DNA of 64,000 nucleotides from Malacoraja senta (Eukaryota): positions 6,450,001 through 6,514,000 of the forward strand of contig CM075993.1 in assembly GCA_038087875.1 (NCBI GenBank), written 5' to 3'. Shown one piece after another: positions 62,015-64,000 of this stretch. Position numbers and translations under genes: made by a program. The notes under the pieces were generated by a model that had not been told where the DNA came from, searched no databases, and was given only the letters and a program-made list of their open reading frames with translations. Position 1 is the stretch's first letter. Every line of letters begins with the position of its first letter.

Positions 62015-63602
62015 CTGTAAAAGAAAGTAGTTTGATGGTTTTACCATTTAAATTTGATGGCCTTGCCTCTTTTCATTGACCAATAGACTCTGTGAGACGG
62101 CAACACTTTGAGTGCTCAGGTCTCGACCCAAAACGTCACCCATTCCTTCTCTCCAGAGATACTGCCTGACCCATTGAGTTACCCCAGCATTTTGAGTCTA
62201 TCTTCCTTTCTACACATTTCCTCGTTTAGTTTAATTTAGAGACACAGCGCGGAAACAAGCTCTTCGTCCCACCATGTCCCCGTCGACCAGCGATCCCCGC
62301 ACACTAACATTATCCTATACGCACTAGGAACGATTTACAATTATACCAAAGCCAATTAACCTACAAACCGGCTCGTCTTTGGAGGGTGGGAGGAAACCGG
62401 AGCTCCAGGAGAAAACTCACCCAGGTTACGGGGAGAACGTACAAACTCTGTACAGACAACACCTGTAGTTGGAATCGAACCTGTGTCTCTGGCGCTGTAA
62501 GGCAGCAACTCTAACGCTGCGCCACCATGCCACCCTAAAATGCATATGGCGGGCATAGACTCAATGGGTCAAATGGCCTTTTTCCAATGTGCAACCTTTG
62601 TGAATGTAATGTTCTTGGGTTAACTCCTCATCTTTAAACAGTGGCCAGGCCAGTAAATGGTGAGTTTGCTTGATCTCTGTGCGAAGATTTCCTGTAACTG
62701 GGTTTCCTGTCTTCAAACAAATGTCGCCTGAAATCGCATTCTCGGAAATGGTGCAGTCTTTGTGAGTAAGTGAGAGATGAAACGTCGTCAGACATTTCAG
62801 AGACTACGTCAATAGTGTATATCCGTTCAAATTGTTGCAAACAGGGTTAATAATGTACCCAGCAAAACACAAAGTGCTGGAGGAACTCAGCTGGTCAGGC
62901 AGCATCTGTGGAGGGAACAGACTGACGATGTTTCGGGTCGGGACACTTCTTCAGACTGAAGTCGTTCTTCAGAACATTGAAGAAGTTCTCCCCCTCAGTC
63001 TGAAAAAGGGTCCCGAACCAAAACGTCACCAGCCCATTCTCTCCACAGATGCTGCCTGACTCACTGAGGTCATAAGTTCATGAGTGATAGGAGTAGAATT
63101 AGGCCATTCGGCTCATCAATTCTACTCTGCCATTCAATCATAGCTGATCTATCTCTCCCTCCTAACACCATTCTCCTGACTTCTCCCCATAACCCCTGAC
63201 ACCCGTACTAATCAATAATCCATCTATCTCTGCCTTAAAAAATATCCATCGTCTTGGCCTCCACAGCCTTCTGTGGCAATGAATCCCACAGATTCACCAC
63301 ACTCTGGCTAAAGAAATTCCTGCTCATCTCCTTCCTAAAGGAACGTCCTTTAATTCGGAGACAATGGCCTCTGGTCCTAGACTCTGCCACCAGTGGAGAC
63401 ATCCTCTCCACATCCACACTATCCAGGCCTTTCACTATGCCTCCAGCACTTTGAGTTTTATCTCAAGATTTCAGTGTCTGCAGCATCTTGCGTCTCCATG
63501 GTAATATTGCCACCATCTTGTTTCCATCTGCCTCCCCAAAACTTTAAGGTGTAAAGCACGATTCATATAAAGAAGTTGCAGAATTAGTCCACAGTTACTT
63601 AC

Positions 63603-63701
63603 CAACAGCCAGCATCGTGAGTTGGGCGAGTCAGTTGCACACACTAGGTGGTGACTTGTATTGAACCTCTGCAGGACCATGATATAATTCCCACAGGAAT
63701 C
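63603..63701 (-). CDS. SEMA7A: SEMA7A-like coding exon (equivalent to human exon 4), first exon in window
   Basis: ttccag|DSCGNYIMVLQRFNTSHHLVCATDSPNSRCWLL|gtaagt; 99 bp, phase 0/0; resembles human DCENYITLL...LLACGTNARHPSCWNL. Confidence 0.88.
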
Positions 63702-64000
63702 CTGGAATATAAAGGATATGATCAGTAACAGAGGCTAAACAATTGGTTCCTTTTGCATGCTGATATGGATCCAAGGAGAAGGTTTATTGAGAAATACCAA
63801 TTCAAGAAAACAGCTCCATTGGGAAGGGAAGGAGAGGTGGGGGCAGGACAAAGCCAAGCAAGTTGAGATTAGTCGCGTTAGATAGTTGAGTTAGTCAAGA
63901 GTTAGTTAGATTTATCTCTTAGGGCTAAGGGAATCAGGGGATATGGGGAGAAAGCAGGAACAGGGTACTGATTTTGGATGATCAGCCACTATCATATTGA

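Overview
Eukaryotic, repeat-dense vertebrate DNA. The repeat families (HE1-type V-SINE, HER1-type CR1) point to an elasmobranch, most likely a skate or ray (inference). One host gene is supported: a semaphorin-7A-like gene on the minus strand, with 11 coding exons from 63701 to 43614. All introns are GT-AG with consistent phases, giving 538 aa (Sema, PSI, Ig, GPI-type tail); the 5' exons lie beyond the window and a probable polyA signal is at 40964. The rest is mostly transposable elements: a decayed ~4.9 kb DIRS tyrosine-recombinase retrotransposon (3726-8672), LINE fragments (Rex1/Babar, CR1, L1, Tx1, RTE, L2/Crack), ~30 HE1-type SINEs, an AFC-like CORE SINE, CpG-rich Harbinger-like MITEs and many Penelope-derived pieces carrying minimal hammerhead motifs. 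Highlights: (1) a ~140 bp TSD-flanked retroposon whose first 54 nt fold as a minimal HDV/CPEB3-type ribozyme; (2) a 31-bp minisatellite that tandemly amplifies a SEMA7A splice donor; (3) a DIRS element whose left end appears replaced by a copy of its right end; (4) a 22-bp palindromic micro-insertion with an 8-bp TSD. Family assignments come from recognised motifs, not database searches, and repeat boundaries are approximate.
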